Shown: in pieces, positions 23,118 to 32,149 of the stretch
How the letters are laid out: the number at the start of each line of letters is the position of its first letter
Position numbering within the stretch: position 1 is the stretch's first letter
DNA from: Escherichia phage vB_Ec-M-J
Sequence record: OQ718158.1
DNA length: 64,000 nucleotides
Reading direction: 5' to 3' (one strand)
The notes under the pieces: model-generated
Database searches by the model: none
The model's input: only the letters and a program-made list of their open reading frames with translations
What the model was told of the DNA's origin: nothing
Translations under genes and position numbers: made by a program

Positions 23118-23346
23118 GTATCAAACTGCCCTATTCTCTTTAATCCATACCCTTAGAAAAAACAATGCCTTACATGGTGCACCTGAAGTGGATGTTATCA
23201 ACGGTGAACTTTATCTTATGAAATTCATTGGAACAAACTATCAAGATCTGTTCATTCAACGATACCTATCAGCATTAAGAAACCAAATCCAATATAAAAC
23301 CATCAAGGCCAAAAAAGAATGGAATAAACAATGCGACACAGACTAA
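23095..23346 (+). CDS. F1 paralog
   Basis: in-frame ATG chosen (track 23074); FIGTNYQDLFIQRYL. Confidence 0.5.
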   Translation: MKTLSGVEYQTALFSLIHTLRKNNALHGAPEVDVINGELYLMKFIGTNYQDLFIQRYLSALRNQIQYKTIKAKKEWNKQCDTD

Positions 23347-23582
23347 ATCACAAAATGTATTGTAAACTATTACAGACACTGGCACAGAAACACTATGACA
23401 CGGTATCTGAAATATTACCCTATGATATCATGCGTTTACTTCACTGTGAGGCCGAGATGCTTGTACTGATGACAGGCACTGATAAAAAAGCAATTGCCAA
23501 ATCAATAGATATGTTCATCGAAGCACAATGTCAACACATTAGAACCGAGATATGGAGACGAGAGAATGATAACACTAAATGA
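23331..23582 (+). CDS. F1 paralog (divergent, MTGTD)
   Basis: track ORF; LMTGTDKKAIAKSI. Confidence 0.45.
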   Translation: MRHRLNHKMYCKLLQTLAQKHYDTVSEILPYDIMRLLHCEAEMLVLMTGTDKKAIAKSIDMFIEAQCQHIRTEIWRRENDNTK

Positions 23583-23781
23583 GTTTCAGTATCATTGGAG
23601 GTTACAAGCTATAAGAAGGAAAGTTGTTAGTATTTCTTTAGACAAGTCTATTGCACAAGAGGACAAATGTGTTATAATAGCTGAAATGAAGTTGGGTGTA
23701 TTCGTAGGAACAAACTATCAAAACATCTACACTGACGTATTGTTAAGTGCCTTACGTAACAAGGTGATATCAAAAGAATGA
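23566..23781 (+). CDS. F1 paralog
   Basis: track ORF; FVGTNYQNIYTDVLL. Confidence 0.55.
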   Translation: MITLNEFQYHWRLQAIRRKVVSISLDKSIAQEDKCVIIAEMKLGVFVGTNYQNIYTDVLLSALRNKVISKE

Positions 23782-23996
23782 GAAAATTAATAGGTTACGA
23801 ATATGTTAAGCTTCTGAAAACATGTGCCAACAGAAGAGTAAAGATTCAATCTGATAAGAGCATCCCTGCCAACCTAAAACATGCAATGGTAGCTGAACTC
23901 TATGCAGGGGCACTCATAGGGACAAACTATCAACAAATGTATATAGACATGTGGGTTGATGCATTAGTCAAGGAGATCCAAAGTAAATGCAAATGA
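23778..23996 (+). CDS. F1 paralog
   Basis: ATGA overlap; LIGTNYQQMYIDMWV. Confidence 0.55.
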   Translation: MRKLIGYEYVKLLKTCANRRVKIQSDKSIPANLKHAMVAELYAGALIGTNYQQMYIDMWVDALVKEIQSKCK

Positions 23997-24205
23997 TTAA
24001 TTTAAGTAAAGATGAATATTATGTTCGTCTTGCAAAAACTTATCCAGCACGTAACGCCGTTTATAATAGTAACATTATTGAACGCTCAAAGAAGTTGATT
24101 GTAGTAAATGAGATTAAGATGCTTTCAGTCTTAGGAACAAACTATCAAGAGAATGCTGTACTGTTGTTAATTGATGCCCTCAAGAGAGAGATACAAAGTA
24201 AATGA
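23987..24205 (+). CDS. F1 paralog
   Basis: track ORF; LGTNYQENAVLLLI. Confidence 0.55.
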   Translation: MQMINLSKDEYYVRLAKTYPARNAVYNSNIIERSKKLIVVNEIKMLSVLGTNYQENAVLLLIDALKREIQSK

Positions 24206-24441
24206 TTAATTTATCTTTCCATGAATATCAAAAACGTTTAAATGCATCAAGGGATATAAGGATTCAAATCTTCAATAACAAAAAATTGAAACCTGACACC
24301 AGAAGAATCAAAATAATAGAAGCAGAGTTATGCAACTTCCTGGGGACGAACCATCAGGAAGGTAAGATAAAAAACTATCTTAGAGAACTAATGATTTGTA
24401 TCGAAAATAAATGTGATGCTTTGGAGAATAAAAATGATTAA
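24202..24441 (+). CDS. F1 paralog
   Basis: ATGA overlap; LGTNHQEGKIKNYL. Confidence 0.55.
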   Translation: MINLSFHEYQKRLNASRDIRIQIFNNKKLKPDTRRIKIIEAELCNFLGTNHQEGKIKNYLRELMICIENKCDALENKND

Positions 24442-24691
24442 TTTAAGTAAAGATGAATATACCGAGCGTATGACAAAAATTACGCACAAACGTAATACAA
24501 TCTATCACAACCCAGAAATTCAACACAGTAAGAAAATGATTATGATGCGTGAGTTAAAGATGGGTGTATTCTTGGGAACAAACTATCAAGAGCCAGAAGT
24601 AAATCGATTAATTGATGAGTTACTATTGGAAATCAAAGGTAAGCTGTACTTTCATCAAATGACCCAACCACTGAGGTGTACTGATCGATGA
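24434..24691 (+). CDS. F1 paralog
   Basis: start moved to ATG after RBS GGAG (track 24413); LGTNYQEPEVNRLI. Confidence 0.55.
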   Translation: MINLSKDEYTERMTKITHKRNTIYHNPEIQHSKKMIMMRELKMGVFLGTNYQEPEVNRLIDELLLEIKGKLYFHQMTQPLRCTDR

Positions 24692-24939
24692 ATGCGATGA
24701 ATATTGTGAATAACATCAGATTAGCAGAAAGATTTGATAGAATTGGGGAAGCACTGAGAAGATACGATAAAGAATATGGTCATTTGAGCTTTTCTATAGA
24801 AAAGAGATATGAACTTGAAGCAGAGTTTAAAATGCAGAGTCTCTTAGGCACACAGTATCAAAACCAATATATTCAAACTTGGATTGATTGTTTAATCCAG
24901 ACAATTTACGTAAGAAACATTAAATGCAAAATGAAATGA
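24688..24939 (+). CDS. F1 paralog
   Basis: ATGA overlap; LGTQYQNQYIQTWI. Confidence 0.55.
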   Translation: MNAMNIVNNIRLAERFDRIGEALRRYDKEYGHLSFSIEKRYELEAEFKMQSLLGTQYQNQYIQTWIDCLIQTIYVRNIKCKMK

Positions 24940-25184
24940 TATACTTAACCTATAATGAATACGTCGAGAGATTAGTTCGTGCCAAGAGATATACCAATAA
25001 ACGTCCAATTGACCTAAACCAAACCCCAGCAGAAAGGAGTGCAGAAGTATTATTCCAATCACTACCATATCTTCTGGGAACTGATAGACAAGAGGAATAT
25101 GTTGCACGTATGATTAGATATCTTAAAATCACTATTAAGGAAAAAGTAAATGCAAATGCAAATGAAATACTTAACAGACGATGA
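24924..25184 (+). CDS. F1 paralog
   Basis: track ORF; LGTDRQEEYVARMI. Confidence 0.5.
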   Translation: MQNEMIYLTYNEYVERLVRAKRYTNKRPIDLNQTPAERSAEVLFQSLPYLLGTDRQEEYVARMIRYLKITIKEKVNANANEILNRR

Positions 25185-25407
25185 GTTAAAAGAACGATTA
25201 ATTAAATCCAGAAAACTTACAAATCAACTTCCAAACGACACAAACAAGTCACATGCCGAAAGGAGTGCAGAAGTTTTATACATTCAACTCCTGTACTTTC
25301 TTGGAACTGACAGACAAGAGTATTACATTGAAAGTATGCTTCGATATCTTAAATTCTCTATAAAGGAAAAGGTACATGCTCAAGAATTTAAAAATCCTAA
25401 CAGTTAA
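25150..25407 (+). CDS. F1 paralog
   Basis: track ORF; LGTDRQEYYIESML; close paralog of 24924 gene. Confidence 0.5.
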   Translation: MQMQMKYLTDDELKERLIKSRKLTNQLPNDTNKSHAERSAEVLYIQLLYFLGTDRQEYYIESMLRYLKFSIKEKVHAQEFKNPNS

Positions 25408-25618
25408 TGAATATCATAAGATTGTAATGAAAACTAATAGTGCAATTTCTAAAAAATCAAACCCAAAGTACATACTGGAACACACATTTGAAGAACGTCA
25501 ATTAGCTTTAGTTGAAGCAAAACTTCTTGCACTATTAGGAACAAACTATCAGGAAGAATACATCAGAAAACTAATATACCTTTTAACTAAACACATCAGG
25601 AAAAGAAAAAAAGCATGA
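25376..25618 (+). CDS. F1 paralog
   Basis: track ORF; LGTNYQEEYIRKLI. Confidence 0.5.
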   Translation: MLKNLKILTVNEYHKIVMKTNSAISKKSNPKYILEHTFEERQLALVEAKLLALLGTNYQEEYIRKLIYLLTKHIRKRKKA

Positions 25619-25845
25619 AGCACTTGACAGATGATGAACATGGGCTTATAGTAATGGATGTAATCAACATCGAATACAAAAAGTTGATACGCTACCGTTG
25701 TTATGAAGATAAGCAACTCGTTCTAGCAGAACAGAAGTTGTTTCGACTCTTAAACACAAACTTCCAAGCACAATACGAAGAATCGTATATGTACCTTTTG
25801 GCGAGGAAAGCAAAAAGAGATTATGAAAATTTTAAGCCACAGTGA
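25615..25845 (+). CDS. F1 paralog
   Basis: ATGA overlap; LNTNFQAQYEESYM. Confidence 0.5.
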   Translation: MKHLTDDEHGLIVMDVINIEYKKLIRYRCYEDKQLVLAEQKLFRLLNTNFQAQYEESYMYLLARKAKRDYENFKPQ

Positions 25846-26038
25846 ACAAACAGAATTGTTAATCTTTAATACAAGTAAATTCTTAAACATAACATTGTCT
25901 GATATAGATGATGATGAAAAAGAGTTACTTAGAGCAGATTTAAGAGTTCTTTTATATATTGGAACTAACTTCCAAGAGCAATTCGTTGAGGACTACATCG
26001 ATGAACTTAAAGAATCTGTACTGAGAACATGCAAATGA
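25823..26038 (+). CDS. F1 paralog
   Basis: track ORF; IGTNFQEQFVEDYI. Confidence 0.5.
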   Translation: MKILSHSEQTELLIFNTSKFLNITLSDIDDDEKELLRADLRVLLYIGTNFQEQFVEDYIDELKESVLRTCK

Positions 26039-26262
26039 AAATCCTTTCACCAAGTGAATACCACGAACTATTAAGTAGTTTAATTCTAAAATTGTATATA
26101 GCAAAGACCACAGATTTACCTGATGAAGAAAAAAATATTCTAATGAGTGAAATCTATGTTAATTCTACCCTAGGGACTAACTATCAAGAATGCAATATTA
26201 ATGATTACATCAATGAACTAAAAAGGTTTATCCAATGCAAATGCGAATCATTACCGAAGTAG
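26029..26262 (+). CDS. F1 paralog
   Basis: track ORF; LGTNYQECNINDYI. Confidence 0.5.
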   Translation: MQMKILSPSEYHELLSSLILKLYIAKTTDLPDEEKNILMSEIYVNSTLGTNYQECNINDYINELKRFIQCKCESLPK

Positions 26263-26477
26263 AATACCTAACAATCATAAATGGACTGTTTTCGAAGTTA
26301 TTTGCCATTAACACATCAAAACTTCCAGATACTGATAAAATTATTAAGTTAAATGAAATCTACGTTCAAGCTACTCTAGGAACAAACTATCAAGAAGCCA
26401 ATGTGTATAATTACATTAATACACTCAAAAGGGTAATACAATTAAAATGCACAGACAGCACACACACAAACCCCTAG
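26235..26477 (+). CDS. F1 paralog
   Basis: track ORF; LGTNYQEANVYNYI; close paralog of 26029 gene. Confidence 0.5.
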   Translation: MQMRIITEVEYLTIINGLFSKLFAINTSKLPDTDKIIKLNEIYVQATLGTNYQEANVYNYINTLKRVIQLKCTDSTHTNP

Positions 26478-26677
26478 GAACAGCAGAATACATTGAACTA
26501 ATGGCTGCAAACTTCTCATCCTTTAAGAAACTGATGCAAGAATCAAATAATGATTTAGAATATCATATCAAAAGTTCAGATTTAAGATTGCTACTCACTC
26601 TAGGAACAGACAGTCAGTACAAATTCGTACAGGAGCATATTAGAGCACTTTTAAATGGCATCAGGGATAAACTATGA
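26447..26677 (+). CDS. F1 paralog
   Basis: track ORF; LGTDSQYKFVQEHI. Confidence 0.5.
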   Translation: MHRQHTHKPLGTAEYIELMAANFSSFKKLMQESNNDLEYHIKSSDLRLLLTLGTDSQYKFVQEHIRALLNGIRDKL

Positions 26678-26889
26678 AGGAAATATCAAATCAAGAGTAC
26701 TTGGCACTGTTCAGAAAAAATAGTCAAGAATTTCTGAATATTGATACAAGGACTGATATAAGTGAACTTCAGAAAAATCTTTTGCGTTCAGAGATGATAG
26801 TACTGACACTCTTAGGAACACAGCATCAAGAGAGAACTGTTAATTCACACATAGGTATTCTTATACAGATAGTACAGGAAAAGATATGA
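26674..26889 (+). CDS. F1 paralog
   Basis: ATGA overlap; LGTQHQERTVNSHI. Confidence 0.5.
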   Translation: MKEISNQEYLALFRKNSQEFLNIDTRTDISELQKNLLRSEMIVLTLLGTQHQERTVNSHIGILIQIVQEKI

Positions 26890-27107
26890 GAATCATAACA
26901 CAAAAAGATATTTTTAAGTACGCAAGGGTTCATGCATCTGAAATGAATGCTATATTATCAAAAAGTTACAATGACCCTTATACACAAGATGTACTGTATC
27001 AGGAATTATGGTTGAATATACTTATAGGTACTAACTACCAAGATGAGTGCGTTCAGAGGTATTTGACAGCTTTACGTGATGCTACAGCTAATGGAGTACG
27101 TGTTTAA
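26886..27107 (+). CDS. F1 paralog
   Basis: ATGA overlap; IGTNYQDECVQRYL. Confidence 0.5.
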   Translation: MRIITQKDIFKYARVHASEMNAILSKSYNDPYTQDVLYQELWLNILIGTNYQDECVQRYLTALRDATANGVRV

Positions 27108-27108
27108 T

Positions 27109-27360
27109 ATGAAAGTACTGAGTGAATTAGAAATGCATAATAGATTATACAAGTACTACCATTTACTTAAACCTATACAGAGGATTAAGTGTCCCTTTGA
27201 AGTGAAACAGGTTTTGATTTATGAGCATAAGTTCTTTGTATCATTAGGTACTAATCATCAAGAGTACTTTTTGAAGTTGTACTTGATTACATTAATAGAT
27301 TTAATTCACTATAAAACCACACAATCTAAACAAGCTAATAAAGAGAAATATGAAAACTAA
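27109..27360 (+). CDS. F1 paralog
   Basis: ATG 1 nt after upstream stop (track 27076); LGTNHQEYFLKLYL. Confidence 0.5.
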   Translation: MKVLSELEMHNRLYKYYHLLKPIQRIKCPFEVKQVLIYEHKFFVSLGTNHQEYFLKLYLITLIDLIHYKTTQSKQANKEKYEN

Positions 27361-27688
27361 TATAAAACTCAAGGTATATAAATCATTTGCAAGTACATAC
27401 ATCAAATGCCATACATGTAACTCTGTAATGGACTACAAAGGTAAGCCATTTGCACTTACTTACGATAATACAAGAGGTTTTTATATATCTTTTGCTGATT
27501 ACAAATATAACATATACGAACACATTGACATTGAAGATTTAAGTACTTTATCTGAAGAGGAATACTTTCAAGAATCATTAGTATGGGATTTGGAGTTTCC
27601 TATGTCATTGGTACATAAGATGATAGTACTAATAAAAGAAACTAAGCCTGTACCTAATGGTTATGAAGATCACATTATTGAGTATTAA
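27350..27688 (+). CDS. F2 paralog (EExxFQ-S motif protein)
   Basis: track ORF; SEEEYFQESL; N-terminal C-x-x-C. Confidence 0.6.
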   Translation: MKTNIKLKVYKSFASTYIKCHTCNSVMDYKGKPFALTYDNTRGFYISFADYKYNIYEHIDIEDLSTLSEEEYFQESLVWDLEFPMSLVHKMIVLIKETKPVPNGYEDHIIEY

Positions 27689-27702
27689 TATATAAGGTAA
27701 CT

Positions 27703-28044
27703 ATGAAAACTAATATACAACTCAATGTATACAGTTCAGAAGAACATACATATATCAAATGCAGTCTATGTAAAGATGTAATGGACTACAAAGGTAAGCC
27801 ATTCACAATTACCTATGATTCTGATGTTAATGATTTATATATATCATTTCTTAATTACGAAAATAAAATATACAAGCACGTTGATATTAAAGATTTAAGT
27901 ACTTTATCAGCAGAGGAATACTTTCAGGAATCATTAGTATGGGATTTAGAGTTTCCTATGCCATTAGTACATAAGATGGTAGTACTAATGAAAGAAGCTA
28001 AACCAGAGTTTAACGGTTATGAAGAACACACAATTGAGTATTAA
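27703..28044 (+). CDS. F2 paralog
   Basis: track ORF; SAEEYFQESL; close paralog of 27350 gene. Confidence 0.6.
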   Translation: MKTNIQLNVYSSEEHTYIKCSLCKDVMDYKGKPFTITYDSDVNDLYISFLNYENKIYKHVDIKDLSTLSAEEYFQESLVWDLEFPMPLVHKMVVLMKEAKPEFNGYEEHTIEY

Positions 28045-28260
28045 ATGAAAAGATTATCATACAAAGATTACACCAATCTTATCAGGACTTTACAACCAGA
28101 AATTAAAAGAATTAATTCTCTTCCTATATCTCCTACAGATTGTGCAGTACTGAAAGATGAGTTAATCTTAAAACACACAGTAGGAACAAACTATCAAGCT
28201 GATAGTGTTCGATATTTAATTTGGGGGTTGATGTGTCAAATAAAGTCCAAATGCAAATGA
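28045..28260 (+). CDS. F1 paralog
   Basis: ATG adjacent to upstream stop; VGTNYQADSVRYLI. Confidence 0.55.
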   Translation: MKRLSYKDYTNLIRTLQPEIKRINSLPISPTDCAVLKDELILKHTVGTNYQADSVRYLIWGLMCQIKSKCK

Positions 28261-28266
28261 CAGTAC

Positions 28267-28295
28267 TTGACAGTACTTTTCATTACTGATATAGT
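28267..28295 (+). promoter_or_regulatory. internal array promoter
   Basis: TTGACA-17-TATAGT. Confidence 0.45.
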
Positions 28296-28326
28296 ACCTG
28301 TACGTTAATCATTAGGGTAGAAAATT

Positions 28327-28572
28327 ATGTTGAATTTTTTAAATTTCCTTATCGTCTTGTGTATTGTTCTTGGGATTGCACCATTTGTATTGTATTTCAT
28401 GGAGTCCGATGAAATGCAAAAGATGAATTGCACAAGGACAGGACAGAGTAGAGAAGAGACGATTCTTATGCCTGTTACGGTTATTGTTAATAATATGCCC
28501 ATTACAAACATGGTCCCTACCCTAACGACAACGTACCAGTACTCTTGTACAGACGGAGAGAGGTGGAGATGA
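28327..28572 (+). CDS. small membrane protein (N-terminal TM helix)
   Basis: track ORF; MLNFLNFLIVLCIVLGIAPFVLYF hydrophobic. Confidence 0.5.
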   Translation: MLNFLNFLIVLCIVLGIAPFVLYFMESDEMQKMNCTRTGQSREETILMPVTVIVNNMPITNMVPTLTTTYQYSCTDGERWR

Positions 28573-28895
28573 CACGTAAATTCAATTGTATTGTACGTAA
28601 GAATTCATGTTACATTGTAGTAGCTGATTTTAATACAGGTGCTGGGTTGAAGATATTTGAGTACAGAAAATGCAATAATTCTTTTCATTGGAAATTGGGT
28701 GCAAGAAAAGCAAAAACAATTTCAGTACCGAATTTATGTTCTATCTCTGAAGAAGAAGAGTTTCAGTACTTGTTAGTACATGATGATTCTTTAGGATTTA
28801 CATTCGAAGACATGAAGGAAGTACAAAAGCAGATGATTGCACATTGTCATCTTCCAAAGAATTTTGTTCAACGCGTATGTGAATTCTACATATAA
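28569..28895 (+). CDS. F2 paralog
   Basis: ATGA overlap after RBS GGAGGTGGAG (track 28545); SEEEEFQYLL. Confidence 0.55.
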   Translation: MTRKFNCIVRKNSCYIVVADFNTGAGLKIFEYRKCNNSFHWKLGARKAKTISVPNLCSISEEEEFQYLLVHDDSLGFTFEDMKEVQKQMIAHCHLPKNFVQRVCEFYI

Positions 28896-28904
28896 GAGAA
28901 GAAT

Positions 28905-29216
28905 ATGAAATTTAATATAGCAAAAACATCGAGTATATGTATTTTTGGTTATGCCGAAGAGTTGGGTGATATTGACATTCTTTTGTACAAAAAGGATGGT
29001 GTTATGCATTTCAAGTACCAGGATGAAGAGGCAGACAATTATCTTTTACCTAATTTAGTACAAATGCAGGAAGAGGAATTATTCCAGTACAGCTTAATAT
29101 ACGACATTGATATTTGCACGATGCCAGTATTAATTAATATACAAAAAGTTATGCTCGATATGTATGATAAGCTAATACAAGGTATGTCAGGGAGGATCAT
29201 TGAAATCGATATATAA
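28905..29216 (+). CDS. F2 paralog
   Basis: track ORF; QEEELFQYSL. Confidence 0.55.
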   Translation: MKFNIAKTSSICIFGYAEELGDIDILLYKKDGVMHFKYQDEEADNYLLPNLVQMQEEELFQYSLIYDIDICTMPVLINIQKVMLDMYDKLIQGMSGRIIEIDI

Positions 29217-29412
29217 GAATTTACCTAATGAATATATGTTGAAGTACAAAGAGTTTATTAAAGATGTATATGTAGATCCTTTCAATATCAAATTTGCAGA
29301 GTTCGAAGTATCATTTTATCTAGGGACAATAGTACAGGACCAATACGTTGATAATCTAATAAGGTGTTTGAAAAAGGAGATACAATGCAGACCCAAAGGT
29401 ATAAAAAGGTAG
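29200..29412 (+). CDS. F1-like paralog
   Basis: track ORF; FYLGTIVQDQYVDNLI. Confidence 0.45.
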   Translation: MKSIYKNLPNEYMLKYKEFIKDVYVDPFNIKFAEFEVSFYLGTIVQDQYVDNLIRCLKKEIQCRPKGIKR

Positions 29413-29657
29413 ATTCTTTATTGTACGCTTCAAAGTACAGGGATTTTTGTTTACGCGGTTCTGGAGGGGGAGAGGAAGATTTCGCTCTGAGATTATCAGA
29501 ATTCAATATGTTATTTTATCTTGGTACAAAAGAACAAGAAGATACAGTACAGAAATTTATCAATCACCTTGTACAAAAAATTAATATGCAAATTTTGATG
29601 CTTGAGTTACAGAATGAGATAAATGAATATGAATCCAGAAATAGTTCAGGATCTTAA
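29385..29657 (+). CDS. F1-like paralog
   Basis: start moved to ATG after RBS AAGGAG (track 29364); FYLGTKEQEDTVQKFI. Confidence 0.45.
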   Translation: MQTQRYKKVDSLLYASKYRDFCLRGSGGGEEDFALRLSEFNMLFYLGTKEQEDTVQKFINHLVQKINMQILMLELQNEINEYESRNSSGS

Positions 29658-30033
29658 AAAAGTAATATTTCTTTTGAATACAAGAAGTTCTTTATATAAG
29701 GAGTTCAAGGATATTAAAACATCGTGTAATATAGATTTTTTTGAAACCATACATGCGGAGTTTCGTGATTTAATTATAGATGTATTGTTTGAATTTTCCG
29801 AGAAATATCAAGGTACAGTCTTCGGTGTTAAGAATGTTCTTCGTCCAAGTACAGGTACAAGGAAGATTGAGTTATCACATTTTACAATTGGTAACAACGA
29901 TTTATTCAGTTATAACCCCAGTACATCTTTATATTTTATTCCTAAAGGAGAAAAGAATAGTCCTATTCATTACGGATGGATTATATCTTATACAATAAAT
30001 GGAACGGAGTATCCTATCAAATGGCACGATTAG
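29623..30033 (+). CDS. hypothetical protein (136 aa)
   Basis: track ORF; no family motif. Confidence 0.5.
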   Translation: MNMNPEIVQDLKKVIFLLNTRSSLYKEFKDIKTSCNIDFFETIHAEFRDLIIDVLFEFSEKYQGTVFGVKNVLRPSTGTRKIELSHFTIGNNDLFSYNPSTSLYFIPKGEKNSPIHYGWIISYTINGTEYPIKWHD

Positions 30034-30173
30034 GGTGTGAAGATTATAATATGAATATATTATTAAGAAATATTAATGCAGATTATTGTGTATGGGTTAA
30101 GAATAGAGATATGATGTATTATGATTTTTATTTAGATTGTGCCATTAAGCGTTTTTTAAGAGAAGAACATTAA
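29976..30173 (+). CDS. hypothetical small protein (start uncertain)
   Basis: track ORF overlapping upstream gene end. Confidence 0.3.
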   Translation: MDYILYNKWNGVSYQMARLGCEDYNMNILLRNINADYCVWVKNRDMMYYDFYLDCAIKRFLREEH

Positions 30174-30355
30174 TGAAAACCGTTAATACAAAAGCAATAA
30201 ATGATTTAAATGATTCTTTATTAGTAAGTATCAAGATGTATTACAATATACATTTAAAGGGTGGTATAGATAATTACAATTATTATCTTTCATTAGTTAC
30301 AATAGAACATTTAAATTATATAGATCAGTTATTACATCCAAATCCACCAAATTAA
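30173..30355 (+). CDS. hypothetical small protein (60 aa)
   Basis: track ORF; start overlaps upstream stop. Confidence 0.35.
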   Translation: MKTVNTKAINDLNDSLLVSIKMYYNIHLKGGIDNYNYYLSLVTIEHLNYIDQLLHPNPPN

Positions 30356-30366
30356 GGAATACCAAT

Positions 30367-30927
30367 ATGAATGATATTGAGTTATTGGTACATAAGATTT
30401 GCACAATATCGTTAGTGCTGAACAATGCGAATACAGTACAGAGTTCCCTTTTAAGAATTAATAAAGTTGGGAGTAGTTTATATTTGGAAGTAAAAGCTGG
30501 TTTTGCAGGACAGTACAATGATAAAATCAAAGAAGAAGTTAAGGGAAATGAAGATGCTTTCATTGAGGTTTGTGCAACAGTTGGTTCAAATCCAATTTCA
30601 GTATCACCTTTAATGCGAAATGAAAATTCAGAATTTGATTCCAGTTTTGAAGGTTATTTGTGGTACAATGCTGGTGATGATTATTTTATATATCAGAATT
30701 CCAAAACGGATTATAGTGAAGAAGGTATAAAATTCATTGATCCTTACAATGAAGCAGAAGTATTTCAGACATCCCTAATATACAATGCAAATCAAATGAA
30801 GTATCTTATGTTGTTTAGTACAATGCATTTGAATCCATTGAAAGATAATTTAAAATTTTTCATTCGTTTAGAATTAGTTGATATTGCTTATGATCTTTTA
30901 ATGCAAGGATACAGTTATGAAGTATAA
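30367..30927 (+). CDS. F2 paralog (LLMQGYSYEV C-terminus)
   Basis: track ORF; EAEVFQTSL; C-terminal 60 aa near-identical to 31004 gene. Confidence 0.6.
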   Translation: MNDIELLVHKICTISLVLNNANTVQSSLLRINKVGSSLYLEVKAGFAGQYNDKIKEEVKGNEDAFIEVCATVGSNPISVSPLMRNENSEFDSSFEGYLWYNAGDDYFIYQNSKTDYSEEGIKFIDPYNEAEVFQTSLIYNANQMKYLMLFSTMHLNPLKDNLKFFIRLELVDIAYDLLMQGYSYEV

Positions 30928-30928
30928 A

Positions 30929-30997
30929 ATGCTGTATACAAAAGATATGATTTATGTTGAATTAGAAGTCAATGACGATGTATCCATCAATAGGTAA
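30929..30997 (+). pseudogene. 22-codon remnant of an MLYT-type F2 gene
   Basis: MLYTKDMIYVELEVNDD matches N-termini of 31512 and 31844 genes, then stops. Confidence 0.5.
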
Positions 30998-31003
30998 TAA
31001 TAT

Positions 31004-31510
31004 ATGAATGAGATAGAATTATTAGCACACAAGATTAGTACAGTAATGCTTATGCTCAAGAATAATCATTCTATGCATAAGTACATTTTTATAGGTGATT
31101 TACGCATAGAAGATAGATATGATAAATTATCGTTTATGTTTAAAGATGAAAGTAATGCAAAAGTTTGTTTTGCAGCATTTGCCCAAGGCAATCCAGAACA
31201 AGCATCTCCTGTTATATACGAAAATAGTGAAGGGTATTTGTGGGTCAACACAAACGATTATTTCTTTTATGTTTTGAAACAAGATGATGAAGTAGAAGCA
31301 CGAATTGATTTAATTGATATTAGTTCAGATTGTAGTGCTGAATTATTTCAGAAATCGTTATTATACAGTCCTCGTCAAATACATTATCTAAAGTTATTCA
31401 GTTCATTGTACGCGAATCCTTTAATTAAGGGTTTTAAATTTTATATCAAAATTCCGCACCTTTCAAACGTTTATGATTTATTAATGCAAGGATATAGTTA
31501 TGAAGTATAA
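31004..31510 (+). CDS. F2 paralog (LLMQGYSYEV C-terminus)
   Basis: track ORF; SAELFQKSL. Confidence 0.6.
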   Translation: MNEIELLAHKISTVMLMLKNNHSMHKYIFIGDLRIEDRYDKLSFMFKDESNAKVCFAAFAQGNPEQASPVIYENSEGYLWVNTNDYFFYVLKQDDEVEARIDLIDISSDCSAELFQKSLLYSPRQIHYLKLFSSLYANPLIKGFKFYIKIPHLSNVYDLLMQGYSYEV

Positions 31511-31511
31511 A

Positions 31512-31811
31512 ATGCTGTATACATTAACATTAATATATGTAGAATTAGAATCCGATTCAGATGCATGGAATTTGGTTAAAGAGGTCGATACCAATCAATG
31601 GTACATGGCAAATTTAGACGCACAGGTTGTTACGGATTATTTTATAGATTTTAATACATTATCTGAAGAAGAATTTTTCCAAATGCAATTGGTGGTTGAC
31701 ATGTACGGACATGACATGGTAACATTAAGAAATATACAGAAAGCCGTTAATGAATTCCAAAGCAAGAAAGATTATGAGGTAGGAGCGTATTATGACATCG
31801 ACGTACAGTGA
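31512..31811 (+). CDS. F2 paralog (MLYT type)
   Basis: ATG 1 nt after upstream stop (track 31500 in frame); SEEEFFQMQL. Confidence 0.55.
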   Translation: MLYTLTLIYVELESDSDAWNLVKEVDTNQWYMANLDAQVVTDYFIDFNTLSEEEFFQMQLVVDMYGHDMVTLRNIQKAVNEFQSKKDYEVGAYYDIDVQ

Positions 31812-31843
31812 AAGCAATGAGTACAATAGTTATGAAGTATAAA

Positions 31844-32149
31844 ATGCTTTATACATTATCAGGGATATATGTAGAATTAGAACCCGATTATCCAGATGGA
31901 TGGAATTTTATCAAACGCTCCGAAAGAAATACATGGTACATGGCACATTTGGATAATGACGTAATATTAGACAATTTTGTGGATTTTAATACATTATCAG
32001 AAGAAGAATTCTTCCAAATGCAATGTGTGCTTGACACAAAAGGATTTGATGTGCTATTATTAAAGAATATACAGAAAGCTGTTAACGAATTAATATCCAA
32101 TGACGAGTTAGGCAAAGTGAGGCTGTTCCATGATCTCGAAGTACAATGA
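31844..32149 (+). CDS. F2 paralog (MLYT type)
   Basis: start at MLYT ATG (track 31808 is GTG); preceded by fossil ...agttatgaagtataaa; SEEEFFQMQC. Confidence 0.5.
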   Translation: MLYTLSGIYVELEPDYPDGWNFIKRSERNTWYMAHLDNDVILDNFVDFNTLSEEEFFQMQCVLDTKGFDVLLLKNIQKAVNELISNDELGKVRLFHDLEVQ

